64,000 bases of DNA from NCBI GenBank assembly GCA_021513715.1, contig CP084167.1, positions 288,001 through 352,000 on the forward strand, written 5' to 3'. The notes under the pieces were generated by a model. It had not been told where the DNA came from. It worked only from the letters and a program-made list of their open reading frames with translations, and searched no databases. Shown here one piece after another: positions 40,310-50,146 of the stretch. How positions within the stretch are numbered: the first letter of the stretch is position 1; every line of letters begins with the position of its first letter. Both the position numbers and the translations under genes were made by a program. The DNA comes from Candidatus Heimdallarchaeum endolithica. Its GTDB lineage: Archaea > Asgardarchaeota > Heimdallarchaeia > Heimdallarchaeales > Heimdallarchaeaceae.

Positions 40310-43300
40310 TATGAAGCACCTCCTCTTTTAAAAATATTCTTCAAGAATCGCAGTTTTCCTGCTCTTCCTGCGTAAACAGTCAAAGTTGAAGCAACGCCTA
40401 CAGCTACTCCCCCTCCTATTCCTGCAAAGACCCAAGGTAAGGAGACTACTGGACTCCCTTCAACGTAAAATGTTCGTTCTATTAACGAAACATTTCCATC
40501 AGGTTTTGTCACATAAAATCTCACAATATAGTCTCCTGGCCCTATATAATCTCCTTGCGTTATCCATGTTCTAGAGATACCGTCATAGGACATCGTCATA
40601 TTATCTCCAAAATCATGTTTATTTTTCTTAATTTGATATTGGACACCTATCAACTCTGTCACATTATAGAGAATAAAAGTATAGTTTGAAGGAGAGTAAA
40701 TTCCACCTTCTATCGGCGAGATAACTAGTACTCCGGCTTCAAGCATATCTTGATTTGCAGAGAGAGCTGCTATGAATTCTTCTTCTGTAGTATATGTGAG
40801 AGGGTCAAGTCCTAACATGACTTCTAACCCATCGCTATAAGTATCATTATCTGTATCCCAATTTGTAGGATCAGTACCATGAACATATACTTCAGCCCCA
40901 TCCATCAAACCGTCTCTGTCGCTATCTGGTTGAGTAACACCTCCTCCTGCAACATAACTGGTGTTGTAAATAAAGAACTCCAAACCATCTTCTAGGCCAT
41001 CATGATCCCAATCCATCAGTAAACCATCCACTTTTCCTGAATTTGCATCAATCTCGTAGGCGTTATTAGGATTAGAACCGTAAAGTAGTAACTCTGGGCC
41101 ATCAGGCAGCAAATCATCATCACAATCAGGGTCATTAGGATCAAGCAGATAACCAGGATGTTCAAAACCAGCGTACCATTCTTCCCAATCTGTCAGATAA
41201 TCGTTATCAGTATCTGAACTCAGAGGGTTCGTAAACATTACATTTAGCTCTGACCAATCGTCTAACCCATCTCCGTCTGTATCCATCATATCTGGTTTAG
41301 TTCCATATTCATAAACTTCTTCTCCATCCAAAAGTCCATCATTATCAGAGTCTGGATCTACAGGTGAAGTATTGTAAGGTTGTGTGATAATGAAACTGAC
41401 ATAAGGATAAATGATGTTAGAAACGTTTGCAATATGATATTCATTTGCATCATATATTCCATCTCCATCAGTATCATTACATAATGGATCCAATGGCACT
41501 GGAGTAAAGTTGTAAATTAAACCAGAACCAAGATATAATTCAAAAGAATCATGTATTCCATCTCCATCAGTATCACTTGTCAATGGGTCAGTTCCATAAA
41601 TTAACACTTCATCTCCGTCAGAAAGTGGGAAGGTATAATTTCCATCTTCGTTAGGATAGGTAATTGAATCATTGTCTGAGTCCCAATTCAATGGGTCAGT
41701 GTATATACCATATTCATCTAAAACTTCCATAGCATCACTCAAACCATCATCATCTGTATCGTAATCTCTAGGATTGGTAAAGTAGTAAAATATCTCTTCC
41801 CAGTCTGTTAGACCGTCGTTATCCATATCTTCATCCATCGGGTCTGAACCGTAAACTAATACCTCCATTCCATCATCTATCCCATCACCATCACTATCTA
41901 CAGCAAGAGGATTAGTATGGAATAAATATACTTCTTCTCCATCCAAAAGTCCATCATGATCTGTATCTTCATAAGCAGGATTGGTTCCAAACTTGAAGAA
42001 TTCTTCACCATCTAAGATACCATCCATATCACTATCAGGATTTAATGGATCTGAACCTAGTAGAATGTCTTGAAGATCGCCTAACCCATCTCCATCAGTA
42101 TCAGGATTTCGAGGATCTGTATGGTTACTAATCTTGTTACCCCAACCCTCTAAACCATCAATTAATCCATCATCATCCATATCAGCATCATTTGGATCTG
42201 TCGGTGGATCTAACCAAAGTTCATAACCATCAGACTTTAGGAAAAAGTCAAGCGGAGCCCCATCACCTCTCCACGATTTATCCATTACTGCTGAATCACC
42301 ATCAGTATCTGGGTTTATTGGGTTCGTTCTAACTACTCTTCCCATTAATTCATCGTCTTCGATAAATATAACCCATTGACCTTCGATCTCAACTTTATCA
42401 GACATATAGATTAAGAACTGACGATCTGGAGCTATGGTTCCATTTGCTAATTGTTTATAAGAATCGTCATCGGTATCATTATCCAATGGATGAGTATAGC
42501 CTTGATTATAGAATATTGGATAGGGATCCCAACTTGGGTCTGAAGTATTATACAACTCTGGTCCATAATAAGCTCCAAATTCTCCTTCTTGTCCATCTAG
42601 TAGACCATCTCCATCAGTATCAGGATTAAGAGGATCAGTATGATCTTTATACTCTACTCCTCCAATTGTAACGAATTTTACACTTGGAGTTATTCCACTA
42701 ATATTCCATGCAGTATTTACTTCGTAATAGTCATCTAATTGATCACCATCTGTGTCTTGGGCATTTGGATCAGTTCCATAGATAACAACTTCTTCATAAT
42801 CAGTTAATCCATCATAGTCGCTATCTATTTGTAAGGGATTGGTTTTCAAGACTTCATATTCCATATAGTCATCTAGACCATCATCGTCTGAATCTGCAAT
42901 GATAGGATCAGTTTTACTTGTTTTCACTTCGAATTGGTCTGATAAACCATCTCCATCACTATCATCGCTGTCTACTTTCATTCCTGGAACTCCTAACTCA
43001 TATGAATCAGGCAACCCATCCCCATCCGCATCCAAGCCGCTCATTTCGTCTTTCGTACTTTCATCATCAGGTCCACCTGCCAGATAAATAGGATCTGGAC
43101 CCCATGACACTGATCTTGTCCAGTCGACGAACAAGAACGTCAGTTTCACCGCCACAGTGAACTCTATCTCGAGTATCACCTGCAGCGGTGCGTCCGCCAA
43201 GAAGTCCTGTATAAACGTCAGCGTCACTACAAATCCTATCGTTATTTTTATACCAACTATTACCAAATCGATATCGATAATTACAGAAACACCTATTCCT

Positions 43301-46300
43301 ATTACTATAGTCAAAATATCTGCAGCTTTCTGAGTAGGTGTTTCACATCGTTTAACAATCTCTATTCCTAAAAAGAATTCTATTTTCAGATATATTCCGC
43401 CTAAACCTATATATTTTGCCACTTTAGCTAAAGCTGCTCCTCCAGGACCTAAAAATTCTGCTAATGGGAATGTTTTAGCTATTGATATCTGGAACTTAAA
43501 GAAGAACTCTATTACTTTGAAGAAATCACTTGTACTTATTTTTCCATTAGCAATTTTCATCAATTGCAGTATAAGTCCTGCTGAACCAGAAAATGAAAGC
43601 TCTAGACCAAGAGAGTCAAGTAGCATTTTCATTAAATCGTTCTTTCCAGAAGTTCCTGCTTTAATTTCAAGCCCAGCTTTGAAAATAGGAATTATTGAAA
43701 TTGATTTTGAGATAAGTTTAAACAATTCTCCAATATTATCGAGATCAAAAACCTTTGACCCATCAAAGATCATACTCATTATTAACTCTTGAATTGGTTC
43801 TGGGTTAATCTCGAAACCAGGGCTTAGTGAAAAGAATACACGCATCTGGAAAGCAGTGAAACTTCCGAATCCAATCGGGAATTCTGAATCATAACTAACT
43901 AAATCGCCCAAAGATTGAAACAGTTCATTTAGCTTATCTGTGAGCATATTAAGAAGATCAGCTATCTGCCCTGCAGCCCAACCTACAAGCTGATTCATTA
44001 TCCACTTAATTCCATCTTTGAAAATATTCTTTGCTCCTCCTAGAAAAGTGAGAACTGTTTCAACAGTTGTTTTGATTGTAGGATCAATACTTCCACCAAG
44101 TAATCCCATAATATCCTGAACTACTTTAACAACGTTTGAAAACTCGGGTCCTTCTTCCCATAGAAGTTGAAAACTCTTATACATTGCTTCTAAAGGAATA
44201 TTAACATCTAACATGTTCAAAACTACAACAGCCATTGAAATTATTGTCTGGATAACATTTTGGACAGAAAAGTCATATCCTCCAGAAAAGATGTCAATTA
44301 AGATTCCAACTACTTTTCCTATTAATTGATAAATTTCTGTACTAGAATTCTTATCGCTGAGGAAGAAATAAAGAACTTTTTCTATAATTTCTCCTGGATT
44401 TTTAAATTTGTCAGCAAAATCTTCCAATCTTCCCATAATATATTTCTTTAAGCTCTTTTTCCCTGTAATGAAAGGTAATATGGCTGCTCCAGCCTCTATT
44501 GCTTTTTGAACAATTTCACGAGGGCCTTCTGCTAAACCTGCAAAATGCTCTAAAAAGCCGTCAACAAGACTTATTAAACAACTTGTATCACTTAAAGATT
44601 CAAAGTCACCATTTATCAGAGCTAAAGCCATCAAAACAGCTTGAGAAATAACATTGATTTTATTTGCATCAAGAGAATGTCCAGATAAAGAACTAAGTTC
44701 AGTAATTAAGGATATTATTTGGTCATGAACATTATTTACGTCAAGGTTCTTTCCTTCTGAAACATCTTTAATAAGATCCATAAATGTATCAATTTGTGTT
44801 CTAACGCTTGAAACAAAGAATTGAACATCATTAATTGTTTCAACAAGATCAGGGAAGAAGAAGCCTATTAAATCCATAAATGAATCCTTAAGATTTACAT
44901 CAATAACGCCAGCTGCACCCAAACCCATTTTAAGTGCAACACCTATAGCTTTGAAGGTGGTCTCTACATCATCATCATATGTTAAATCTAAAATGTTCTT
45001 ATAAACTAGTTTTCCTAATCGTGGAAAGACATCAGTTACAACATGTTCCATGTCTTTTGTACTAACAATCTCAAATGCCATCATAATAATTTCAGAGATT
45101 GTATCGATCCATTTTTGTGCTTCACTTCCTAGATCTAAAGTCTGTTCCATGAATTTTTTCATTAGATTAGTAATTAATTGCCTGTTGAGAAAACTCTTGA
45201 GATAATCACCTATATTTGTAACACCACTAATCATATCAGAAAGAGCACTAGAGATATTTAATGCATCAAAAACATCATTAACAAAATCTCCCACGCTATC
45301 TGGAATTATAAATCTTAAAAGCTCCATTGATATATCAATTAAAGGAGTAAGATCACCCGAAGCTATATCTTTGATAGAGAATAATGCCTTAACAACTATA
45401 TCAAAGTAAGGTTTGTATTCCTCTATACTTGGAAACATTTCCTTTGCTACATCAAAAAATAGCTCTATTGCGCTACTAGCGCTTGGATCTTTAAAGAAAC
45501 CTATAATCTTAGGTATTTCCTTAATTATTGCTACAATTTGTCCTCCATACTCCTTACCTACAGTCAATAAACCTTCAGGAATTTCTACTCCTATAAACTC
45601 TAAAATAATTTTAATAACATCTCCAGCAGCACCAGGAATAGAAGATAAGAATGGAAATTCGCCTAACACAATGTCATCTTCATCAATTGTTGCCTTAGGT
45701 TTGATATCCATCACAGGATTAAAACCTTCAATCTCTGCTGTCGGATCAACTAGTTCCCCAGTGTAAGGATTGACTTTGTTTAACCTCTTTGGATATTGAT
45801 CCATAGAGTCTTGCAATCTTTCTTCAGCTTTCTTGGGGTCAACAACTCCAAGACCTTTTGGATCGAATTCTGCAGACATTATCTCTTCAAATGAATCACC
45901 AAAATATTTGATTGCTATTAGTTTGAAGTTTTCACCTATTTGCTGAAGAATTTCATCATCTTTTTCAACAAAAATCTCGTATAAAGACCATAATACATGA
46001 ATATATGCAATACGATAATCTAAAATCTCTGTATTTTCTATATAACAATTTTCAGTTCTAAGATATGGACCCATTTTATATGAGTTACCATAAACACCTA
46101 TGTGCCTTGTATCTTTGAAAATGTTATAATAAGCAGTCAAATCTCTCCATGGCATTGTCCATCCTGCGAACTTGATGCCTTTCAAGTCAGAGTCAAAAAC
46201 GTAGATCTTTATCCAATCATCATTATAGAAAGCTCTATCGAATGAATCTAAATTGAAAACTTTGACCATTCTAACGTTTGAGTAAAACATATGTATAGTA

Positions 46301-46512
46301 TCATAAATCGAATTAGCTAGTTCTTTAGTCATGTCATCGAATGGATCATACAAAATCGCTATTTGATCTTCATAAACATCAGCTGGATTTCCAGTCATCA
46401 TTAACTTCGTCTCATTCCCAACCATCTGACCTTGAACGAATATCGTTGAAACATTCAAGATAAGAAGAAAAATAGCTATAATTGAAATAACTTTAACTTT
46501 ACTTTTTTTCAT
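40309..46512 (-). CDS. ~2070-aa membrane-anchored protein with helical region, hydrophobic beta region and ~25 DxDxDG Ca-binding repeats
   Basis: Signal peptide from MKKSKVK (46512; ORF extends to 46569), TDPxxxDTDGDGLxDGxE repeats, C-terminal TM. TAATG overlap with the next gene. Confidence 0.8.
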   Translation of the reverse strand: MKKSKVKVISIIAIFLLILNVSTIFVQGQMVGNETKLMMTGNPADVYEDQIAILYDPFDDMTKELANSIYDTIHMFYSNVRMVKVFNLDSFDRAFYNDDWIKIYVFDSDLKGIKFAGWTMPWRDLTAYYNIFKDTRHIGVYGNSYKMGPYLRTENCYIENTEILDYRIAYIHVLWSLYEIFVEKDDEILQQIGENFKLIAIKYFGDSFEEIMSAEFDPKGLGVVDPKKAEERLQDSMDQYPKRLNKVNPYTGELVDPTAEIEGFNPVMDIKPKATIDEDDIVLGEFPFLSSIPGAAGDVIKIILEFIGVEIPEGLLTVGKEYGGQIVAIIKEIPKIIGFFKDPSASSAIELFFDVAKEMFPSIEEYKPYFDIVVKALFSIKDIASGDLTPLIDISMELLRFIIPDSVGDFVNDVFDALNISSALSDMISGVTNIGDYLKSFLNRQLITNLMKKFMEQTLDLGSEAQKWIDTISEIIMMAFEIVSTKDMEHVVTDVFPRLGKLVYKNILDLTYDDDVETTFKAIGVALKMGLGAAGVIDVNLKDSFMDLIGFFFPDLVETINDVQFFVSSVRTQIDTFMDLIKDVSEGKNLDVNNVHDQIISLITELSSLSGHSLDANKINVISQAVLMALALINGDFESLSDTSCLISLVDGFLEHFAGLAEGPREIVQKAIEAGAAILPFITGKKSLKKYIMGRLEDFADKFKNPGEIIEKVLYFFLSDKNSSTEIYQLIGKVVGILIDIFSGGYDFSVQNVIQTIISMAVVVLNMLDVNIPLEAMYKSFQLLWEEGPEFSNVVKVVQDIMGLLGGSIDPTIKTTVETVLTFLGGAKNIFKDGIKWIMNQLVGWAAGQIADLLNMLTDKLNELFQSLGDLVSYDSEFPIGFGSFTAFQMRVFFSLSPGFEINPEPIQELIMSMIFDGSKVFDLDNIGELFKLISKSISIIPIFKAGLEIKAGTSGKNDLMKMLLDSLGLELSFSGSAGLILQLMKIANGKISTSDFFKVIEFFFKFQISIAKTFPLAEFLGPGGAALAKVAKYIGLGGIYLKIEFFLGIEIVKRCETPTQKAADILTIVIGIGVSVIIDIDLVIVGIKITIGFVVTLTFIQDFLADAPLQVILEIEFTVAVKLTFLFVDWTRSVSWGPDPIYLAGGPDDESTKDEMSGLDADGDGLPDSYELGVPGMKVDSDDSDGDGLSDQFEVKTSKTDPIIADSDDDGLDDYMEYEVLKTNPLQIDSDYDGLTDYEEVVIYGTDPNAQDTDGDQLDDYYEVNTAWNISGITPSVKFVTIGGVEYKDHTDPLNPDTDGDGLLDGQEGEFGAYYGPELYNTSDPSWDPYPIFYNQGYTHPLDNDTDDDSYKQLANGTIAPDRQFLIYMSDKVEIEGQWVIFIEDDELMGRVVRTNPINPDTDGDSAVMDKSWRGDGAPLDFFLKSDGYELWLDPPTDPNDADMDDDGLIDGLEGWGNKISNHTDPRNPDTDGDGLGDLQDILLGSDPLNPDSDMDGILDGEEFFKFGTNPAYEDTDHDGLLDGEEVYLFHTNPLAVDSDGDGIDDGMEVLVYGSDPMDEDMDNDGLTDWEEIFYYFTNPRDYDTDDDGLSDAMEVLDEYGIYTDPLNWDSDNDSITYPNEDGNYTFPLSDGDEVLIYGTDPLTSDTDGDGIHDSFELYLGSGLIYNFTPVPLDPLCNDTDGDGIYDANEYHIANVSNIIYPYVSFIITQPYNTSPVDPDSDNDGLLDGEEVYEYGTKPDMMDTDGDGLDDWSELNVMFTNPLSSDTDNDYLTDWEEWYAGFEHPGYLLDPNDPDCDDDLLPDGPELLLYGSNPNNAYEIDANSGKVDGLLMDWDHDGLEDGLEFFIYNTSYVAGGGVTQPDSDRDGLMDGAEVYVHGTDPTNWDTDNDTYSDGLEVMLGLDPLTYTTEEEFIAALSANQDMLEAGVLVISPIEGGIYSPSNYTFILYNVTELIGVQYQIKKNKHDFGDNMTMSYDGISRTWITQGDYIGPGDYIVRFYVTKPDGNVSLIERTFYVEGSPVVSLPWVFAGIGGGVAVGVASTLTVYAGRAGKLRFLKNIFKRGGAS

Positions 46513-46828
46513 TTTTACACTTCTTTTCAATCTTCCATTACTTATCTGGGAAACAATAGCCCCAATCATACTCCCAGAACTCTAAAGAGTACTATACGAA
46601 AATCTATATATAAAATGTACTACAACTCCTTGAAAAACAATGTTTTCAGCAGTCTAATTTAAAGTTTAAAAACCATGTAAGGCAGAAAGTCTCTTGCCTT
46701 CCTTCAAGTACTATTTTTAATATAAAAACAAATTACAAAATTCACCCTATATGTAATGCAAATGGTAACTAAATAAATATAATATATAATGTGTTATATA
46801 ACGAATGTGTTAATAATAGACACAAGTG

Positions 46829-47875
46829 TCAAATCAAAAAATAAATTGATTGTCTGGCGTCATGAAGATAACGACGTTTTCCAACTAGTCCTTTTTCACT
46901 AAGTATTTTAAGTGCGTTTCTTACAGTTCTGGAAGGTAACCCTGTACTTTGTATTATTTCACTTTGTGTCATTTCTCCTTCTGTGTGCAGCAACTTAAAG
47001 ATATACTTCGCAGAAGGAGGAACACCTTCTAAAGACTGTAAGTCTAGTTCTACTAGCCTATTTCTTAACCTTGATAATATATTTACATTCTTACTTATTC
47101 GAATTACCTTTGCTTTCTTTCTAGCTTTTAGTATCTTGATTGTTTGACCATCTAGTTTTTTTCTAATTTGACCATCTATTATTACTTCGATTTGGGTTTT
47201 AGCCTTTAAATTAGATATCGATATTATTGATTCTGCAGGAGCTACAACAGGATGGTGATCTTTATTTAAGGGGTTCACAGGAACAATTAATGTAATATCA
47301 GGATTTCCATAAGCAATTGGACCATTGGCAGAAAGTGCATAACCAGTTGAACCTAGTGGAGTAGAAACTATTAATCCATCAGCTCGACCTCTATAAATGT
47401 GATTGTTATCTAAAGTTAAAGTATAACTCATTAATTGTGCTGATCTCTTGGGAAAAATAGCTATTTCGTTGAGTGCTGGCAAGTATTCATTTGATAGCGA
47501 ATCTTGTAAAGCTACTCGGTTATACTTATCTATTGTATAACTTTTTGATAAAATAGAAGTTACAGCTTCCTCAAGATTGTTTGGTGTTATTTCTGTAAAG
47601 AAACTAATTTGCTCTGAAGAGGCAGCAATAACTGGTTTTTCTCCGTTTGACAAAAAAATAGACTTCAAGAATGTTCCTGTATCCCCAACAGAGATTATAA
47701 TATCTATTGCTGTAATATATCTTAGATGTTTAGATTTTTGAAGGGCTATATCCAGTTCACTCTCTGAAATTTTTGAAAAAGAAATATTATCTGAATTTTT
47801 TGATAATTGTTCTCTAATTGTGTCTGCAAAGTTCTTAAACGCTTCTTCTTCTGCAATAACCATTAATATTTTCAT
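46829..47875 (-). CDS. NAD-kinase-like domain fused to C-terminal winged HTH
   Basis: ALNE, DGLIVSTPLGSTGYALSANGP, IDGQ; C-terminal PPSAK..LL..EGEMTQSEI..TGLPSRTVRNAL..L..KGLV..DARQSIY. Confidence 0.85.
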   Translation of the reverse strand: MKILMVIAEEEAFKNFADTIREQLSKNSDNISFSKISESELDIALQKSKHLRYITAIDIIISVGDTGTFLKSIFLSNGEKPVIAASSEQISFFTEITPNNLEEAVTSILSKSYTIDKYNRVALQDSLSNEYLPALNEIAIFPKRSAQLMSYTLTLDNNHIYRGRADGLIVSTPLGSTGYALSANGPIAYGNPDITLIVPVNPLNKDHHPVVAPAESIISISNLKAKTQIEVIIDGQIRKKLDGQTIKILKARKKAKVIRISKNVNILSRLRNRLVELDLQSLEGVPPSAKYIFKLLHTEGEMTQSEIIQSTGLPSRTVRNALKILSEKGLVGKRRYLHDARQSIYFLI

Positions 47876-48210
47876 TTCTACACCAAACAACAATGCTTGA
47901 AATTCTCATTATTCATTTGTTCATCTACTATTTTATTTATTTATCTTGTGTTTTTTTATTAATATCTCATCAAGTTCAAAAAAAAATGTAGAAAACATTA
48001 ATGTCCTACCTTCAAGCAATAATTTTAAATTTAGGTGATTTATTTATATGATTAACAAAAATAAAGTACTTTCTTCCTAAACAGTAAAAAACTTAAATCT
48101 TATATAATTTAGGCAATTTTTGCTCATATTTTTCTAAAAATGCTTTAATTTTATTTGTTACATTACTTTTTCTCAAAAAAGCTTGTAATTTTGTCCTAAA
48201 ACAAACTTCC

Positions 48211-48218
48211 TTTATATA
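48211..48218 (+). promoter_or_regulatory. Putative TATA box of nadA-nadC
   Basis: TTTATATA ~31 bp upstream of the ATG at 48249. Confidence 0.5.
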
Positions 48219-48248
48219 CCTTTATTGAAGCGTTACTTGGTCTAAAAA

Positions 48249-49280
48249 ATGGTAATTATTGAAAAACAGATTGAACATGTTACATTTGGCTTTACGCAAG
48301 AGGAAATTGAAAAAGAAGCTCAAAGACTTTATTCAAAAATAGGTCATTTAGGATGGACATTAAATGATTGTTTAGATATTGCTCCTTTAACATTAAGAAT
48401 TAATAAACTTAAGAAAAAGAGAGGAGTGCATATACTAGCACATTCTTACCAGACTCCAGATATTATTTTTGGTGTTGCCGATAATGTTGGAGATAGTTTA
48501 GGTCTTTCTAAGAAAGCAACAGAAGTAAAGGAAAACACTATTCTTTTTTGCGGAGTAGAATTCATGGCAGAAACAGCAAAAATTCTTAATCCTGAAAAAA
48601 CTGTTTTAGTTCCAAAAAGAGGTATAGGATGCACTTTAGCTGATTCAATTACTAGAGAGGATGTAAGAAAATTAAAAGAAAAATATCCTGGTGCTCCTGT
48701 TGTTTGTTATGTTAACACCACTGCTGAAGTAAAAGCTGAAGCTGATGTTTGTTGTACTTCAGCTAATGCGAGAAAGATTGTTGAAAAACTAGATAGTGAC
48801 ACAATCATTTTTGTTCCTGATTACAATATGGGGGTAAATTTAGCTAAAATTACTGGAAAAAGGATAATTACTTATAATGGTCATTGTAGAACACATGATA
48901 GAATTACAAAAGAAAAACTAAAACTATTGAAAAAAAATAAAGAAACACTGGTTTTTTCTCACTTTGAGTGTAAACCAGAAATAATAGAACTTTCTGATTT
49001 AGTTGGGGGAACTGGAGATATGCACAGGTTTTCTAAATCAAGTAAGACATCAAAAGAGGTGCTCTTTGTTACTGAACAAGGTTTTATTGATCGAATGAAA
49101 GTAGAATATCCACATCTGAAATTCTTGGACAGTAATATGATATGTCCTATGATGAAACAAAGCAATCTTATAAATATTTTAGATTGTTTAGAAAATCCAA
49201 AGAGAGAAAATATTATAGAAATTGAAGAAGAAATAAGAAAAAGAGCTTTCAACGCAGTAAACAATATGCTAAAATACTAG
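48249..49280 (+). CDS. nadA: Quinolinate synthase
   Basis: ILAHSYQ, GDSL, FCGVEFMAE, GCTLA, CYVNT.AEVKA, CTSAN, PDYN, HFEC, ICPMMK. Confidence 0.95.
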   Translation: MVIIEKQIEHVTFGFTQEEIEKEAQRLYSKIGHLGWTLNDCLDIAPLTLRINKLKKKRGVHILAHSYQTPDIIFGVADNVGDSLGLSKKATEVKENTILFCGVEFMAETAKILNPEKTVLVPKRGIGCTLADSITREDVRKLKEKYPGAPVVCYVNTTAEVKAEADVCCTSANARKIVEKLDSDTIIFVPDYNMGVNLAKITGKRIITYNGHCRTHDRITKEKLKLLKKNKETLVFSHFECKPEIIELSDLVGGTGDMHRFSKSSKTSKEVLFVTEQGFIDRMKVEYPHLKFLDSNMICPMMKQSNLINILDCLENPKRENIIEIEEEIRKRAFNAVNNMLKY

Positions 49281-49298
49281 AAAAAACAGGTTTTCTCA

Positions 49299-50135
49299 AT
49301 GATACCAGAGACTCTAATTGAAGAAGATATAAAAGAGTGGTTGAAGGAAGATATCCCTTACTGGGATATTACAACTAATCTTCTTCCAAACAAAAAAGTG
49401 AAAGCTAAAATTTTTGCCAAACAAGAAGGTATTATTGCAGGATTGATTGTTTCAGAAAAAATCTTTACTCTTCTTGGAGCAGAATGGAGTGCGAACGTGA
49501 AAGATGGAGAAAAAGTTAGTAAAAAACAAATTATTGCGGAGATTAAAGGTGACATTAAAAGTCTTCTTCAAGGAGAAAGAATCGCTTTAAATATACTTGG
49601 AAGGATGTCTGGTATAGCTACAACTACTGCACAAATGATAGAAAAAACAAGAAAAGTTAATCCTAATCTCAAGATATGTGCAACCAGAAAAACTGTTCCT
49701 GGTTTAGCAAAATACGATAAATATGCAGTGACAGTAGGAGGAGGAGATACTCATCGATTTAATCTGTCAGATATGGTTTTATTAAAAGAGAATCATTTAT
49801 CCCTCTTTAGTTCAATATCAGAAGCTATCACCAAAGCAAAAGAAACTGTAAGTTTTAGTAAAAAAATAGAAGTAGAAGTGAAGAATGAAGAAGAAGCTAT
49901 TGAAGCAGCAAAAGCTGGAGCTGATATAATTATGCTAGATAACTTCAAACCTATACAAGCAAAACATGTTGTAAAAAAGATTAGAGAAATAAACCAGAAT
50001 GTACTTATTGAATTGAGCGGGAATATAAAAATTGAAAATATTGAAGATTATGAATTAGAGAACGTGAACCATATTTCTTCTGGCTCTTTAACACATTCAG
50101 TAAAAAACTTTGATCTTTCAATGCTTATAGAATAA
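49299..50135 (+). CDS. nadC: Nicotinate-nucleotide diphosphorylase (carboxylating)
   Basis: ERIALN, MSGIAT, TRKT.PG, HRFNLSD, KENH, EVEV, IMLDN. Confidence 0.95.
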   Translation: MIPETLIEEDIKEWLKEDIPYWDITTNLLPNKKVKAKIFAKQEGIIAGLIVSEKIFTLLGAEWSANVKDGEKVSKKQIIAEIKGDIKSLLQGERIALNILGRMSGIATTTAQMIEKTRKVNPNLKICATRKTVPGLAKYDKYAVTVGGGDTHRFNLSDMVLLKENHLSLFSSISEAITKAKETVSFSKKIEVEVKNEEEAIEAAKAGADIIMLDNFKPIQAKHVVKKIREINQNVLIELSGNIKIENIEDYELENVNHISSGSLTHSVKNFDLSMLIE

Positions 50136-50146
50136 AAAAGAAAAAA

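Noticed and set aside
46679-46830. Short palindromes (AAGGCA..TGCCTT, GACAC-aa-GTGTC) and repeated AATGTGTTA upstream of the giant operon
   Set aside because: Too short to distinguish from chance or a simple terminator without comparative data.
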